From assembly GCF_000143415.4 (NCBI RefSeq), contig NW_003314429.1, positions 1 to 64,000 on the forward strand: DNA of 64,000 nt. The letters are read 5' to 3'. Positions 1 to 12,617 of this stretch are shown here, in pieces. Both the position numbers and the translations under genes were made by a program. The DNA is from Selaginella moellendorffii. Taxonomy: Eukaryota > Plantae > Lycopodiophyta. Positions within the stretch are counted from its first letter, which is position 1; the number at the start of each line of letters is the position of its first letter. The notes beneath the pieces were generated by a model. The model did not search any database. It saw nothing but the letters and a program-made list of their open reading frames with translations, and was not told the origin of the DNA.

Positions 1-518
1 ACACTTATCTCCGTGATATATTCTTCAGAGTCTTTGACCACTTTCCTGTCTTTGCCAGCTCCTCATCGCAAGGAAGGTAACATTAGAGCAAGGTTGTGAT
101 TTTTCTACTCAATTCTTCTTCCAGAAGCTCCTTTGCAACCTTTGCTCTCAAAGGGAGATTTCAAAAACAGCAACAAACTAAGCAGCACTGGATCTGAGCA
201 CGACTTCAACGAAGTAAAGAAGCCGTCCCAGCACCGTCTTGTCACGTACATCTACTCATTCTTTTTATCTTTTGCAAGTATCTACTTGGCTATGTTGCTC
301 ACTAGACCGGGATGCTATTAACGTTGGCTAGCTTTCAAAATAGGTCCAGATTGGCACAATGTGTTTCACAGCGGCACTATACATTTTGTTGCTCATAGCT
401 TCACTCATTTTTTCAGCGCTGTTATATACATATCACATGGGCTGTTCCTTCATTTCCCTTTTTTATCTTATAAAAAACATAAGCATGAAGCATCACTTGT
501 TTCTTTTTTCCTATGAAT

Positions 519-916
519 CTACAGTGGTGTTTTGCTTCCAGGGACTTTATCAATTTTTTGCACTGAAGCAGTGAGATCTCCATCTTTATCTATGTTTATA
601 GTGCATATGTCTCCGATTTCACTTCCATGATTCTTTAAGAATATCTGCCAGTTTGTATCGGTCTCAAATATGTTGTCGTTTTTTGTACTAGAGCACAGTT
701 TGAACATGAATTCAGATGTTTCATCGAACACACAGATAATGTTTTGATTGTTGCAGCGGAAACAGTCTTCCATAGTTTTTCTTGTCAATTCATTTGGAAA
801 CTACTAGTGGTTTTCAAATATTTTTTCTACAAATTATAAAATACAACACGCATACATACCGTCAACCAAACGCCTTTGCAGAAGTGGAAAGGACGAAGAA
901 TGAATGAAAAATTCAT
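519..916 (-). CDS. Small B3-DNA-binding-domain-like protein (2 exons; 3' end uncertain)
   Basis: MNFSFILRPFHFCKGVWLT | GT-AG intron | FPNELTRK...NWQIFLKNHGSEIGDICTINID resembles the B3 consensus WxxFVxxNxLxxGDxCxF. Confidence 0.4.
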
Positions 917-949
917 TCTATTTGACCTAAACCTAACTACCAGTTTCAC

Positions 950-2358
950 ATGGAAAAGAACTTTGTTCCCCCCAATCTACCCAGAGATGTAGTTTTCAGA
1001 ATTGCAGAAAGCAATGGCTTTTGTAGCGCAGTTTTTTCATGTGTAGCTAAAGAATTTTACATGGAATTTCAAAGTGATAGAATTTGGCAATTGCATTGTG
1101 AACAGGATTTTTCTGTCTACATGTGTACAGATTACGAAGGTAGACGCTGCAGAACGTACAAGGTTTGTATTTTCACTGATTTGCTTAAAACAAATGTCAA
1201 ACTTTGCTACAGGAAACTTACAAGAGTTGGTTCAATGTGTTCAAATGCTACAATTATAATACTACCTCTGTAACCAGAAAGTTGTGCCTTAAAATACGAA
1301 GCTTCCTCAGATTTAAAGGTTTTGAGTACATGTCAACCAAAGGTTTACCAAATAACGTCATAAATGAAGCGGAGGCAATTTTGAATGTCAACCTTCCAAA
1401 TTCTTTAAGATGTCTACTGCTTTCTATGGACGGTCAGCCTGAAAATTGTATCATCAGTGGTTTACAGCATCAAGAATACAGAGGTTTTATTGGTACTTAT
1501 TGGACCTGCAATACATTTATATGCTCGAAATTACTTTCACTCCGAGAGATTTGCTCGTTCACCATAGACTTGAGATTATCTGTGCCTTGTTTCCCTGCTA
1601 ACTTGGTATCATTTGGTTGCTCGTTGGATGCTTCAAAAATTTACTTTATAAATGTTCATTCAGGTAATGTAGACTGAACGTTAAAGAAGTCTCATTAGTA
1701 ATTGGCTGAACAGGTGATATTTTCATAACTTCAAAAGATTTCAGACTCAATTCTGAAGTTATGTTGTGTACACCTATATCTGTTCGTGGTGAGATGTCAC
1801 TCATTTGCTGGCTTGCAAAGCTTTCATCTAATCTGCATACTGGAAAATCTCGTTTAATTCAAAACCCCATTAAAGCTATATTTCAAGGTGGTTTGGCAGC
1901 AAATAGACTGTATCATGTAAGGCTTTACCAGTTTGTTCTTTGCTAATTCATTGTGTCTATGTCCTTTAGCATGGTTGTGTACCAATACCGGAGTTCTCAT
2001 CCTTTGCCAGTGATGAGTTTACATATGTAGCATTTATATGCATAGATTCAGAATACCTCTCACTGTACAACAACATATACCTTTGTGCATCACACAAGTC
2101 AAAAAGTAATGTCAATGATACTCTTTTGCACAAATTTAGCATATGGTTTGGTTCTGCAGAGGTAAGAATCTTTACTTGGTATTATATAGATGATAAATTA
2201 GTGTACAGGAGTATTGCTATGATGGAAGAACATATGGTGTCATGACTAAAACATTTACATTGGAATTTCCACTATGCACTGTGTGGGTTGCATGCAAGTC
2301 GAAATCAGAAACTTTGACTAAATCCCTGGATGTATCTTTTTTGGATTATATGTTTTAA
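950..2358 (+). CDS. SKIP16: Divergent F-box/SMI1-KNR4 protein, SKIP16-like (5 exons)
   Basis: Exons ~950-1162, 1213-1663, 1714-1916, 1970-2161, 2209-2358 splice GT-AG into one open frame. Motifs LPRDVVFRI, WQLHCEQD, EAILNVNLPNSLRCLLLSMDGQ, GFIGTY, VPIPEFS and C-terminal LDYMF* parallel plant SKIP16. Confidence 0.75.
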
Positions 2359-2439
2359 AGCAGTTACATTATCGTCTCATAATATTATATTCACTTTGAT
2401 ACTCCTCTCCCATTAAGTATTGTCTCTCTTTGACCTAAA

Positions 2440-2667
2440 ATGGAACAGAAGGCCCATAAATGTCCTTTTGGCAGCTCTGTTTGCACGAGATACGAGGATT
2501 GCTTGCTCTGTGGATTCCAGAATTGCGCAAAGTCATATAAGATTTGTAATTCATTCAAGCGATGTGAATATTGTTTGTTTAAAAAAGCTGTTCTGAAATT
2601 TCAAGATCAGTATGGAGTCCAAGAGAAAGATGCTTTGAAGGAAGTTTCAAAAGCTTGGAATTCGTAA
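2440..2667 (+). CDS. Small Cys-rich protein (75 aa), unknown function
   Basis: Clean ATG-to-stop ORF in AT-rich DNA with 8 Cys including two CxxC pairs and a helical C-terminus (FKKAVLKFQDQYG...ALKEVSKAW). Confidence 0.35.
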   Translation: MEQKAHKCPFGSSVCTRYEDCLLCGFQNCAKSYKICNSFKRCEYCLFKKAVLKFQDQYGVQEKDALKEVSKAWNS

Positions 2668-3664
2668 CTAAAAATTTGCAAGTATCATGTAATCACCAAA
2701 GTCATCAAACCATGCTCATTGGCTTTGGCAACTAATTCATTTTATGTTCTGGCTTTTTTTTGGGGACGATTTACCAACTACTACATCTATTTGACATTTC
2801 TTCCCAACTACATCACATTTTTCTGGAGTTTTGTCTGTGGCATTTGATTGTTACCTGTCCAACACCTCGATTTGATGGTGAGTAACCTTTACCTTGCGAT
2901 AGACTGTAGTGATTGGACATTGGCTCCTATGGCAAACCACCCCAATTTGAGCTGTTAGTAGTTTCTATCACAACAAATAAATCTGTAGCATGTGGATTTG
3001 CCCAGACAACTATCAACCATGTGAGTAGTGCAAATATGGTTTCTAGGAGGCAATTTGTTTTTTTTAATTTCTCCTTCGGTGACCATTCTTTGGGCAACTC
3101 TGCTGGAATAGCTTTTAAGGAAGTTGGAGATAAGGGTGCTCGAAATCAAGCAAATTTATAGTTACAAAGTCGTTAATATCCTTATACCCATGATTTTCAA
3201 GACAATCAATACAGAAAGGAAACCTTTAGTTCAAACAATGGATTTCGATTAAGCATGGTTTCTACAAAAAATGGCAGAACCAAATTTATTTGTGGCCGGA
3301 TTTGGCTATCACACATTGCCTCAACATAACAGCATGGGAATTCTAAGGTGTTATTTCTAGCCTCTCTAGACAATTACATTTCTTTGTGATTAAATCGATT
3401 CGATTTAAATATTATACATTTGTTTTTTATTTTAGGAGTCACTTTTTTTTCGTTTTGGCAACTATTCCAAGTTATCTCTTTATTTAATAAATTATTTATT
3501 TTAGTTTTACTTATGTGTGAATCACTATTCTAGGATAAATGCAATTGTGTATGTGTATCACTAATATATTTGAATTTGTAGACAGAAAATTAAGTTTTTT
3601 TGATAAATTTTAATTTAGAATTTTTAAGTTCACATTTAATAATTTGTTGTTTAGTGTTGAAAAT

Positions 3665-6600
3665 CTATAAAATTTCCTTGTAGACTACATTCTTTGTGTA
3701 TATAATTTGTTGTCTCTTTTTAAATTTACCTTGGTTCTTACATTCTTCTACACATATAACTATTCGGTCTTTAGAGGTACATCGTGATAGTGCAACATAT
3801 AATTGCCCATGTCCAAAAACAGGACGTGGTAAGAAGATTCCAACATTATTTAAAGTTTGGCCCTGTGATTTGCATATTGTAATTGAGAATGCAAGTCTCA
3901 AAGGAAATTGTCGTCTTTTTAATACAATTGTCGTCTTTTTCATTTGTATTAAAACCTACACATGTCACCATCTGTAGGTTTTAGTATGATTCTTGGTAGT
4001 AAGACCTTTTTTCCTTCTCTATCTCCATGTAATATTTTTGCTTCTATTACATTTTGTAATGCTGATGTAATCATTAACTTAGTACCATTACATAAACCTT
4101 TTTTTACATCAAGATTTCGTAGAAGCATCACAATGCTTCCAATTTTTATATTTAAGTTATGCGGAGGCATCCCAGATGGTGTTATGGAATTAAGATATTT
4201 TACTGGGTAGTCCAGTATTTCTTCAAAAGAATCACTATCAATTGTATCCACACTTTTAAAAGAAAACAGTCTTCCTGACATCCTTGTTAGAACTTGTTCA
4301 TTTATATCTAACGAATGATCATTCAATGTCGTTAAGATTGCTTTTTGTGAGTTACTTATAGAAGGTAACACTTTTTGACCGAACACAGCATCTATCATGG
4401 AATTCTTGGTTGTACATTTTTTTGGTAGTTCTACTATATCATCTTCATATCCATCAAGTCTTGGTAAATTACCATTTCCGAGCCTAATTAACCACTCTGA
4501 CCACTCCTTTTCATCTTTGTTAACATGCATATTTTCTGTAAGTGTATATTTCACTACAAATGGCCATATAAAACTTGATTTAACACTATTTTGTACAATT
4601 TGAACCCGTCGTGCTCTTTTAAGCACAGGTAGTGTTTGTCTAAAATCACCACCAGTTACAACAGTTATACCACCAAATTTATCAGAACAACCTTTAATGT
4701 CACGTATTACACGTTCTACAGCATTAAATGCATGTACTGGAACCATACTTATTTCGTCCCAAATTAGTAAGTCTGTTTTTCTAATTTCATCAGCCTTCTT
4801 TGAATTTTCCCGTAAATCAGATGTACATGTTTCAATGACTGATACAGGTAGTTTAAATGTAGAATGTACTGTGCGACCACCAATTAATAGTGTGCTTGCA
4901 ATTCCTGTCCATGTTACAGACAAAGTCTTTCTTCCAAGTGCTCGTGAATGTGTTATTAATGTATTGAATAGAAATGATTTTTCTGTTCCTCCTACACCAT
5001 CGATAAAAAATATTTGTGGTTCATTTTTATCATCCAATGCTTTACATACTTTGTCAAAGACATATTATTGATCTTTATTCAGTAACGATTTGTTTCTTTC
5101 AATATCTTGGTATTCAAACATTTCATTCTCATATATGTTGGTTCTTTCTTTTTATTTTCTAGATATGTAGTATATGATATAGTAATATCATAATCTGAAA
5201 GGCATTTCCCATGTTGTTCTAGTAAAAGAGACAACTCTTGAAGTGCATGTGTATATGCTACATCCTCATCATTGTATTTACGTATTAAATCCTCACACAT
5301 ATATACTTTGTATTTATTCCATAATTTTTTAGGATCATTAACCTCACAAAAGAGACACATTATTCCAAATAAATATCTAATTTTAGAAGGCATTTGAAAT
5401 GTGAGAGACTCCTCTAGACATCTATCCCATTCTTGGTCATCCTGTAATAATCCCATCGTTTGTGCAACTTCTCGATAGCTATCATATTGTATGTTTTTCC
5501 AATTACGTAAATGTTTAAAACTTGTTGCACCTTTATTATACAACAATAATAATCGCATATAAAATTGTTCACTATCTTTCGGTGGTACAGTATACATTCT
5601 ACCTATAACTTTCCAACCTCGTTGTCTTTTTACCCATGTTTTGGTTTTTGCATTCCAACTATACCATTCCGAAATTTCTGGATATGTTAAAGTTCTTGCA
5701 AATTCATCTCCTTTATTCATTTCAAACCATTCAGTAAGTTTTGTTCTATGACCTTTCTCTAATGCAATTTCTTCTTCACCTTCATTGAAGTAAACACTTT
5801 GCAAATTTGGTAAGTGCACATCTAATCTTTCAATTGAATGTGATCTTCCATGTAAATCATATCCAAATAACCTCCACATTCCTTCAGCAGCTGATACATA
5901 ATGGCAATTTCTGAATGCATTTATTTCATTCTAATCAAGAATATTCTCTTTCTCTGTGTTTCCTTCTTTGTGAAAGTGTATCTCTGCACAATCATGGCCT
6001 TTATATATATATTTAAAAATATATTTCACACTTTTCACAGTTGAGCAAACCTCTACATTAATATGAGTTTTATATTTACGCAAAAGATACTTACTATAAG
6101 GAACAACAAACCTATTATCAATTTCATTATTTTTAATGTAGATTTTATGACTATCATAATGTCTTTTATACTCTGGGAATTGGCCACTGATATTTTTTGT
6201 CTCTTCACAGTAATCTCGTGGATATCGAGATTTACATTCACCTTTTTTGTAACATGGACTTTCAGGAAATCCAGGACCACATGGACCATGTATCATATGA
6301 TTTTTCACAAGTTCATACAATTTAGGATCACTGTTTGGGTCTGGTATTTTTGCACTAACAATGTTGTCTACATCATATACGGTTTTGATTTTATTCTCAT
6401 TTTTAAGAATTACAAGTAGATGACAATGTGGTAGTCCTCGTTTTTGGTACTCAATTACATACACATATGCATTAACTTTTCCAAATATTTCTCCTTTGTA
6501 TATGTCATCTATAAGTTTTTGTTTTTTAGCATGGAAAACACGTGCTACCAAATCTGGTCTGTCTGAAGAACTTTGTCCTGGTAATAAATTCTCAGTTATC

Positions 6601-8424
6601 TCTTGCCATTTTGGGTTACATATTATCGTAATAAATAAATCAGGTTTTCCATATTTTCTTACTAAGCTCATAGCGTCTTGATAATTTTGATTCATATTTC
6701 TCGGTCCACCGATAAATCCTGACGGCAAAATCACAAGTTTTCCAGCACGTATCCCTTGTTGTTCTGCTCTGTTTATAACAAAATCAGAAAGACCTCCGTA
6801 TGCTTCAGCTCTTAATTCTTGTTGATGGTTTTTTATCCAATCGAGACGACCACCCTCTACTTTAGTGTACATGTCAACCATGTATTGTTGGGATAATTTT
6901 CCATCCATTAAAACCGAATTAAATTCAATAATCTTAATACTATCTCTTATTAAACCACGAATAGCAAACTTGTAGCGATAATACTCCATCATTGTTATCT
7001 TAGTTCTTTTTAAAGACAAACCCTTGTCTGTGTATTTTAAATCTGGTGACCAGCCTTCATTTCCATTTGGAAAAAGCAGTGGATATACCATAGGATCACA
7101 ACATGATGTCACAATTGATATCTCTTGCATACTTTCACCTTTCGGATGTATTGCAATACTACGGTTAAATGGAGGCTCCCCAGTAGGGTTTGTAAACACT
7201 GCAGCAACTTCATTTGAATTTGGTGCATTATATCTTCTTGGATCTATTGTATTTTCACCTTTTATATACATTACAATATTATGTAGTCTATTATTTATAT
7301 TTGAACTTGTCATATGAAGCTCATCTTCCACATCTTTTAGCATTTTAAATGCCTTTGCATATGGATTAATTTCTCGTAATAAAGCATCTAATTCATTCAT
7401 CAGTGTTATATCACATTTACTGTTATATTTATTTTTCATTCTTGTTTCTGTAGCTTCTAGTGTGTCTAAAATATAAAGTTGAGAATATTTTGCATCATGA
7501 CCTTGCTTAGGACGGAAACTGCCAATTGAATGATATACTTGTCCATGAATTTTGAAATAATATGGTCCATTACCAATCATTTCATCAATATTTGCCCCCA
7601 TAGATGCAAATGCCAAAGCACTATTAATGCTTTATTTCGTTAAAGTGGGACTTATTCAGTAAAGTGGGACATTAATTAGCATGTGTCCACATGCTATTTC
7701 CTAGTACTTAATTAATATTTATTAATATTTCTATCAGTTTTTTAATTTATTTTTTTATATTTCACAATATTATAACACAAAATCATATGAAAAATTTTTA
7801 ATTTATAAATTATAAAGTTAAAACTTCAATTTTTTATTGTTGTTATAAAAATGGCATGTGGCCACACACCATAAGTGGGATAATGAAAAGTCCCACTTTA
7901 ACGAAATAAAGCATATTATAATTTCGAATTGATTCTTTGAATTTTCCTCGTTGGTCTGTTCCATCTAATAATTTACGAATCAGTTCAGGGAACTCATTTT
8001 GTTTTTCTATAGACACACGTCCACCATGACAGCATTGTGATTGTGTTTCTGAAGCAAAAAGAAAAGCTTTACAATAGTCACAATGTTTGTCCATGAGTCC
8101 AATATAATCTACTTTACATTTACCGTCTATGTTGTTTTGCAAGAGTCCTAAATGTTTAGTGTTTTCCATGCTCTCGGTTTCATTTCCAAGATTTACTTCA
8201 TTAACAGGTAGGGTAATAATTTCAAAAGTGTTTCTAAAAGTTTTTTCTATGGGTATCAATCTTGGAATTGTTGGGGGTTCTTCAAAGGATACCAGGTTTC
8301 TCACACTTACATCCATGCTTCTATTCATATATAGAGATGAATTCAAAGTTGTTGAACTTTTTTTTATTATACAGCCTTCATGTAAAATTAGATCACATGT
8401 TTTCCTCTTTCTTTTGCCGCCCAT
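3665..8424 (-). pseudogene. Helitron Rep/PIF1 helicase (RepHel), disrupted
   Basis: N-terminal CxxC...CC zinc motif; IRNYNSALAFASMG (after removing the MITE); HUH motif EYQKRGLPHCHLL; KYIFKYIYKGHD; PIF1 motifs GVGGTEKSF (Walker A G>E), IWDEISM, GGDFRQTLPV, RRQFPLRLAFSITICKSQGQTL, HGQLYVALSR. Premature TAG at 5931; frameshifts near 5060-5100 and 3945. Confidence 0.95.
7627..7914. mobile_element. Non-autonomous TIR element (MITE), 288 bp, 27-bp perfect TIRs, 4-bp ATTA TSD
   Basis: TIR ATGCTTTATTTCGTTAAAGTGGGACTT at 7627 and its reverse complement ending at 7914; ATTA at 7623-7626 and 7915-7918; excision restores the RepHel frame. Confidence 0.92.
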
Positions 8425-10029
8425 TGATCTGTAGGAGATTTTACAATCTCTTTTAGAAAATAGAAGCTTAGACAGCGTGTGCAGGCTCTAGATGGTGAAA
8501 ATAAGTAAATAGACTAATAGCCAAACCACAAGAAAATAGAAGCACACTGAAACAAAGTGCTGGCAGAAGCACAGCTCCTTAATATGATGCTTGGGGTCCC
8601 TATACTTTGGAGCAGAACAACATTACAAAGCCGGGAAAAAGAAAGCTCAGGAAACATAGAAACAAAATTACCTCTTGACAAATGCGAAAGCAACCTAATT
8701 GTGCAGTCCTTTTTTCTATGATTTGAAACAGTTTTTCTTAGCCTACGTGTCTGTTTAGGTACACTCTCGAAAAGCCTTTGACAGTAAAGAGTTTTGCCAC
8801 AGCTTTTTCTGTCAATCCTTTTTTCATTTGGGGCAGAATCATTGCACTTGGGGATAAAAAATTACAGAGTCATACCGATATGATAGCCCGGGTTAAAAGA
8901 TTACAGAGGGTGAATCTCTTTTGGCAAGATGACCGGGGAAAAACTCATTATCATGGCTCTCTATGATGGCACGATGGCAAGCTTGAGCAGGCAAAGTACA
9001 AGAGGCCCATGTAAATGATGTGAAGCTCCATGGTGATGGGCTTTGCTCTCTAGACAAGGACGGGAAGCTCTAGAGCTCTTCCATGCCATGGCCTTGAAAT
9101 AGGAGGAGATCGCTTTCGTGAACGTGTGGCAGTACTTGGAGTCTGCAGCCATGGCTTGAATCTCACTGCAGATCGCTTCAGCAGCATGTGTTTGCAAGGG
9201 CCGGGAAGCTGAAGGATTCCAAGGGGATGCTGGGCAAGAGGAGTGAGAGAGTCTGCTGGTAGCTTGTCGAATGTACTGGGATCTAAGCACTGCTTTGCAA
9301 ACGGCACAGGAGTTTGGTGGTTGTTACAAGGATCATTTTTCATATATAATGCTTGCAAAAGGTGGCAGTTAAGTTTTTGAAGTGTTTTGTATAATTGGGA
9401 GAATGTTTTGATATATTTGAGTGTGTATTTCTTTAAAAGGAGTGGAAGCTTTAAAGACACAGCTTTTCAAAACTTGGTTTCTTTTTTTTTCTTTCTTTCT
9501 TTCTTTCTATTCTTGTTTTCATCTCTCATTTTTTTCAAAACATCAAAGGCCTACATATGAATGAATGATTGTTTTGGAAGTTAGCTGTATCGTTCTCTTG
9601 TGCTATTTGACACATTTCTTGTCGCCATTTCCAATGGGGCTTTTGCAAATGCAGGGGTAAGCTGTAGGTGTGTGTCTGACCTCATCTCCAGATAATGTAA
9701 ATGCCGGAGAATATTTTTTTTTGTGTGTCTGCTCTTGGATCCAATGCTTGTGAAGGCGCTTCCGTTTTTCTTGCTCATCTGTCTCACGCTCACTGAATAA
9801 TCATCCTCTGACACCTTAAGAACGCCTTAGCAGTTGATCCACACAACAAAACAAAAAACGGCGCTATTGCAAAAATCTAGAGACAATGTGATCCCAGAGC
9901 CAGCCAACGCAGATCCTAGGCTCTGCCCTTGATGCTCATGGCAATCCGCTGCAATTGGAGGGAAAAGAGAAAAAACTCAGTTAAAACTGGATCTTACAAG
10001 TACAAAACCAAACAAAGAAAAATGCTACC

Positions 10030-11900
10030 TGTACACTGGTTTGGAGAGCTTGATCAACGTATTTTAGTGGTTGTTTCTCATTTGAAGAGTTCCCCTGCAG
10101 GATAAAAGTCTTTTGTTAAGCAAACATGAGTCGTAATCTGCAAGGAAAAAGTCAATTTAGAAAGCAAGATCAATTCCCGAATCTCTCTTTCAGCACATGC
10201 GCAATTAACCTGTTCAAAAGATCAGTGCAAGTTTAAAGTCAGAAATATCACATTGTTTCTGCTGATTATAACGCTCTTATCCGTGCTCTTCATGGCAAAT
10301 ACTGGCAGGAACCTTTCAACTCTACTAAATTTACACTTGCATCACAAAAAGGCTTTTTAATCCCATATATAAGAAACGACTATGAAAAAACTCACCTTCC
10401 TGTGTCACCAAAACCAAGGGATTTGACAGGCCGAAAATGGTGGAGTCCGTTTATCACCACTAGTTTGAATCTGCTTTTAAAACAAGCAAGAAAACTGGAG
10501 AAGTCATCAGACTAAACATGCACTCATGAATCTTTCTAATAGCATCCCAAGAGTTTAGCTAAACGACTTTAGAGAGTTTAGCCCAAAGGTCGTTGGTTGT
10601 CTTGTCTGGACACGAGCAAAAAAAAATAAATCTTGAACTCCCAAACAACCCTCTGTTACTCGCTCCTGCACAACAAGAACAAGTTAGCCACAAAGATCAA
10701 GTGAAACGAGAGATCATTTTAAAACCTAGAGCCATATGCACGCTGGGAATCTTGTTGCAAGCCCTTGACGCGACAGGATGAGAGATCCAGGAGCACCAGG
10801 CAGTCTCTTCGTTGCTTGATCATATATGAGCTGCCCAAGCACGTACTCCTTGTTGTACATAATAAGAGGCAGTAAAATATGCACATGTAAAGAAGCACTG
10901 AGAATATGCATACATCTGAACCAGGTCTGCAGCTGCATCATGTCTTGACAACACTGTCACCTCCAAACCTCACAGCATATCTCTGGCCTAAAGAAATCGT
11001 CAACAAGAACAACACAAGAAAGAGAAAACGTACCATAAAATTTGCAGTCTCTTGATCTTCCAAAGTCGTATCAAACAATGACATGACCACTGAGTGGGTA
11101 TATTGTATGGCACACACAACATGGCGAACAGGAGGGATTGTACACTTGCATCACAAAAAGGCTTTTTAATCCTATAAATAAGAAACGACTATGAAAACCT
11201 TGCCTTCCTGTGTCACCAAAATCAAGAGATTTGACAGGCTGAAAATGGTGGAGTCAGTTTCGCGCCACTAGTTTGAATCTGCATTTCAAACAAACAAGAA
11301 AACTGGAGAAGTTATCAGACTAAACATAGGCTTATGAACCTTTCTAATAGCATCCCGAGAGTTTAGATAAACGACTTTAGAGTGTTTAGCCCAAAGGCCG
11401 TTGGTTGTCTGGACACGAATAAAAGAAACAAAATCTTGAACTCCCAAACAGCCCTCTGTTACTCGCTCCTGCGCAACAAAAACCAAATTAGCCTCCGAGA
11501 TCAAGAGAAATGAGAGATCAGCCATTCGCACGCTGGGAATCGTGTTGCAAGCCCTTGGCGTGACAGGGTGAGAAATCCGGGAGCATCAGCCAGTGGGGAA
11601 CTCGTCACAGAGCTGGAGATCGTGTTCTTCAGACTGTCCGCCATTGACCTGTGCATGTGTCGCGAATGGCGTTGAACAGTCAACGATCCAGCCTTTTGCT
11701 TCTGCCACCAAAATCAAGAGATTTGACAGGCTGAAAATGGTGGAGTCAGTTTCTCGCCACTAATTTGAATCTGCATTTCAAACAAGCAAGAAAACTGGAG
11801 AAGTCATCAGACTAAACATGCGATCATGAATGCATCCCGAGAGTTTAGATAAACGACTTTAGAGTGTTTAGCCCAAAGGTCGTTGGTTTTCTGGACACGA
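10030..11900 (-). pseudogene. PHOT: Captured phototropin (AGCVIII kinase) exon fragments, partly triplicated
   Basis: Minus-strand exons read LWAKHSKVV..DAIRK | IQTSGDK/GLHHFRPVKSLGFGDTGS | VNLVELKGS../FAMKSTDKSVIISRN | VNCACAEREI | THVCLTKDFYPAGELF, with introns and frameshifts. Confidence 0.85.
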
Positions 11901-12150
11901 GCAAAAGAAAAAAAATCTTGAACTCCCAAACAGCCCTCTGTTACTCGCTCCTGTGCAACAGAAACCACGTTAGCATCAGAGATCAAGAGAAATCCGGGAG
12001 AAATCCGTGACAGGGTAAGAAATCCGGGAGCATCAGCCAGTGGGGAAGTTGTCACAGAGCTGGAGATCGTGTTCTTCAGACTGTCCACCATTGACCTGTG
12101 CGTGTGTTGTGAATGGCAATGAACAATCAACGATCCAGCCTTTTGCAAAG
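10330..12150. repeat. Three imperfect tandem copies of a 450-800 bp module
   Basis: GATTTGACAGGC(C/T)GAAAATGGTGGAGTC and following sequence recur at ~10420, ~11228 and ~11720. Confidence 0.9.
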
Positions 12151-12181
12151 GGTACGCACACTCCCGCCACTGCGTTCACCA

Positions 12182-12382
<201 letters not shown>

Positions 12383-12617
12383 AGCTCACAATCTGCTCGA
12401 TCGCCCTAAAAGATCACTTGATTTGGAGGGTCATCAAATTCAAATTTGAAAAGTTGCCACCCCTTGGAACTTTGATCTATGCCATTTATTTTAAGTTTTT
12501 GAATTTGAACCGTTAGATTATAAGTATATTCAGAAATAATATTCTAAAAATGGAATAAAAGACGCCGGATGCCATATGCCAATAGCACGTTTAAATAAGG
12601 GAGTATGATAACTATTA

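Noticed and set aside
7627-7914. MITE acting as a spliced introner
   Set aside because: The GT donors in the TIR do not restore frame, the only in-frame option uses a poor GC donor, and RepHel is broken elsewhere anyway.
8961-9340. BTB/F-box-like captured fragment
   Set aside because: Similarity too weak to assign without a search.
10030-12150. Possible neochrome or functional chimeric photoreceptor
   Set aside because: No LOV (NCRFLQ) or phytochrome sequence seen, and the kinase exons are frameshifted.
10330-12150. CRISPR-like array
   Set aside because: Units are long imperfect duplications in a plant genome, with no repeat-spacer structure or cas genes.
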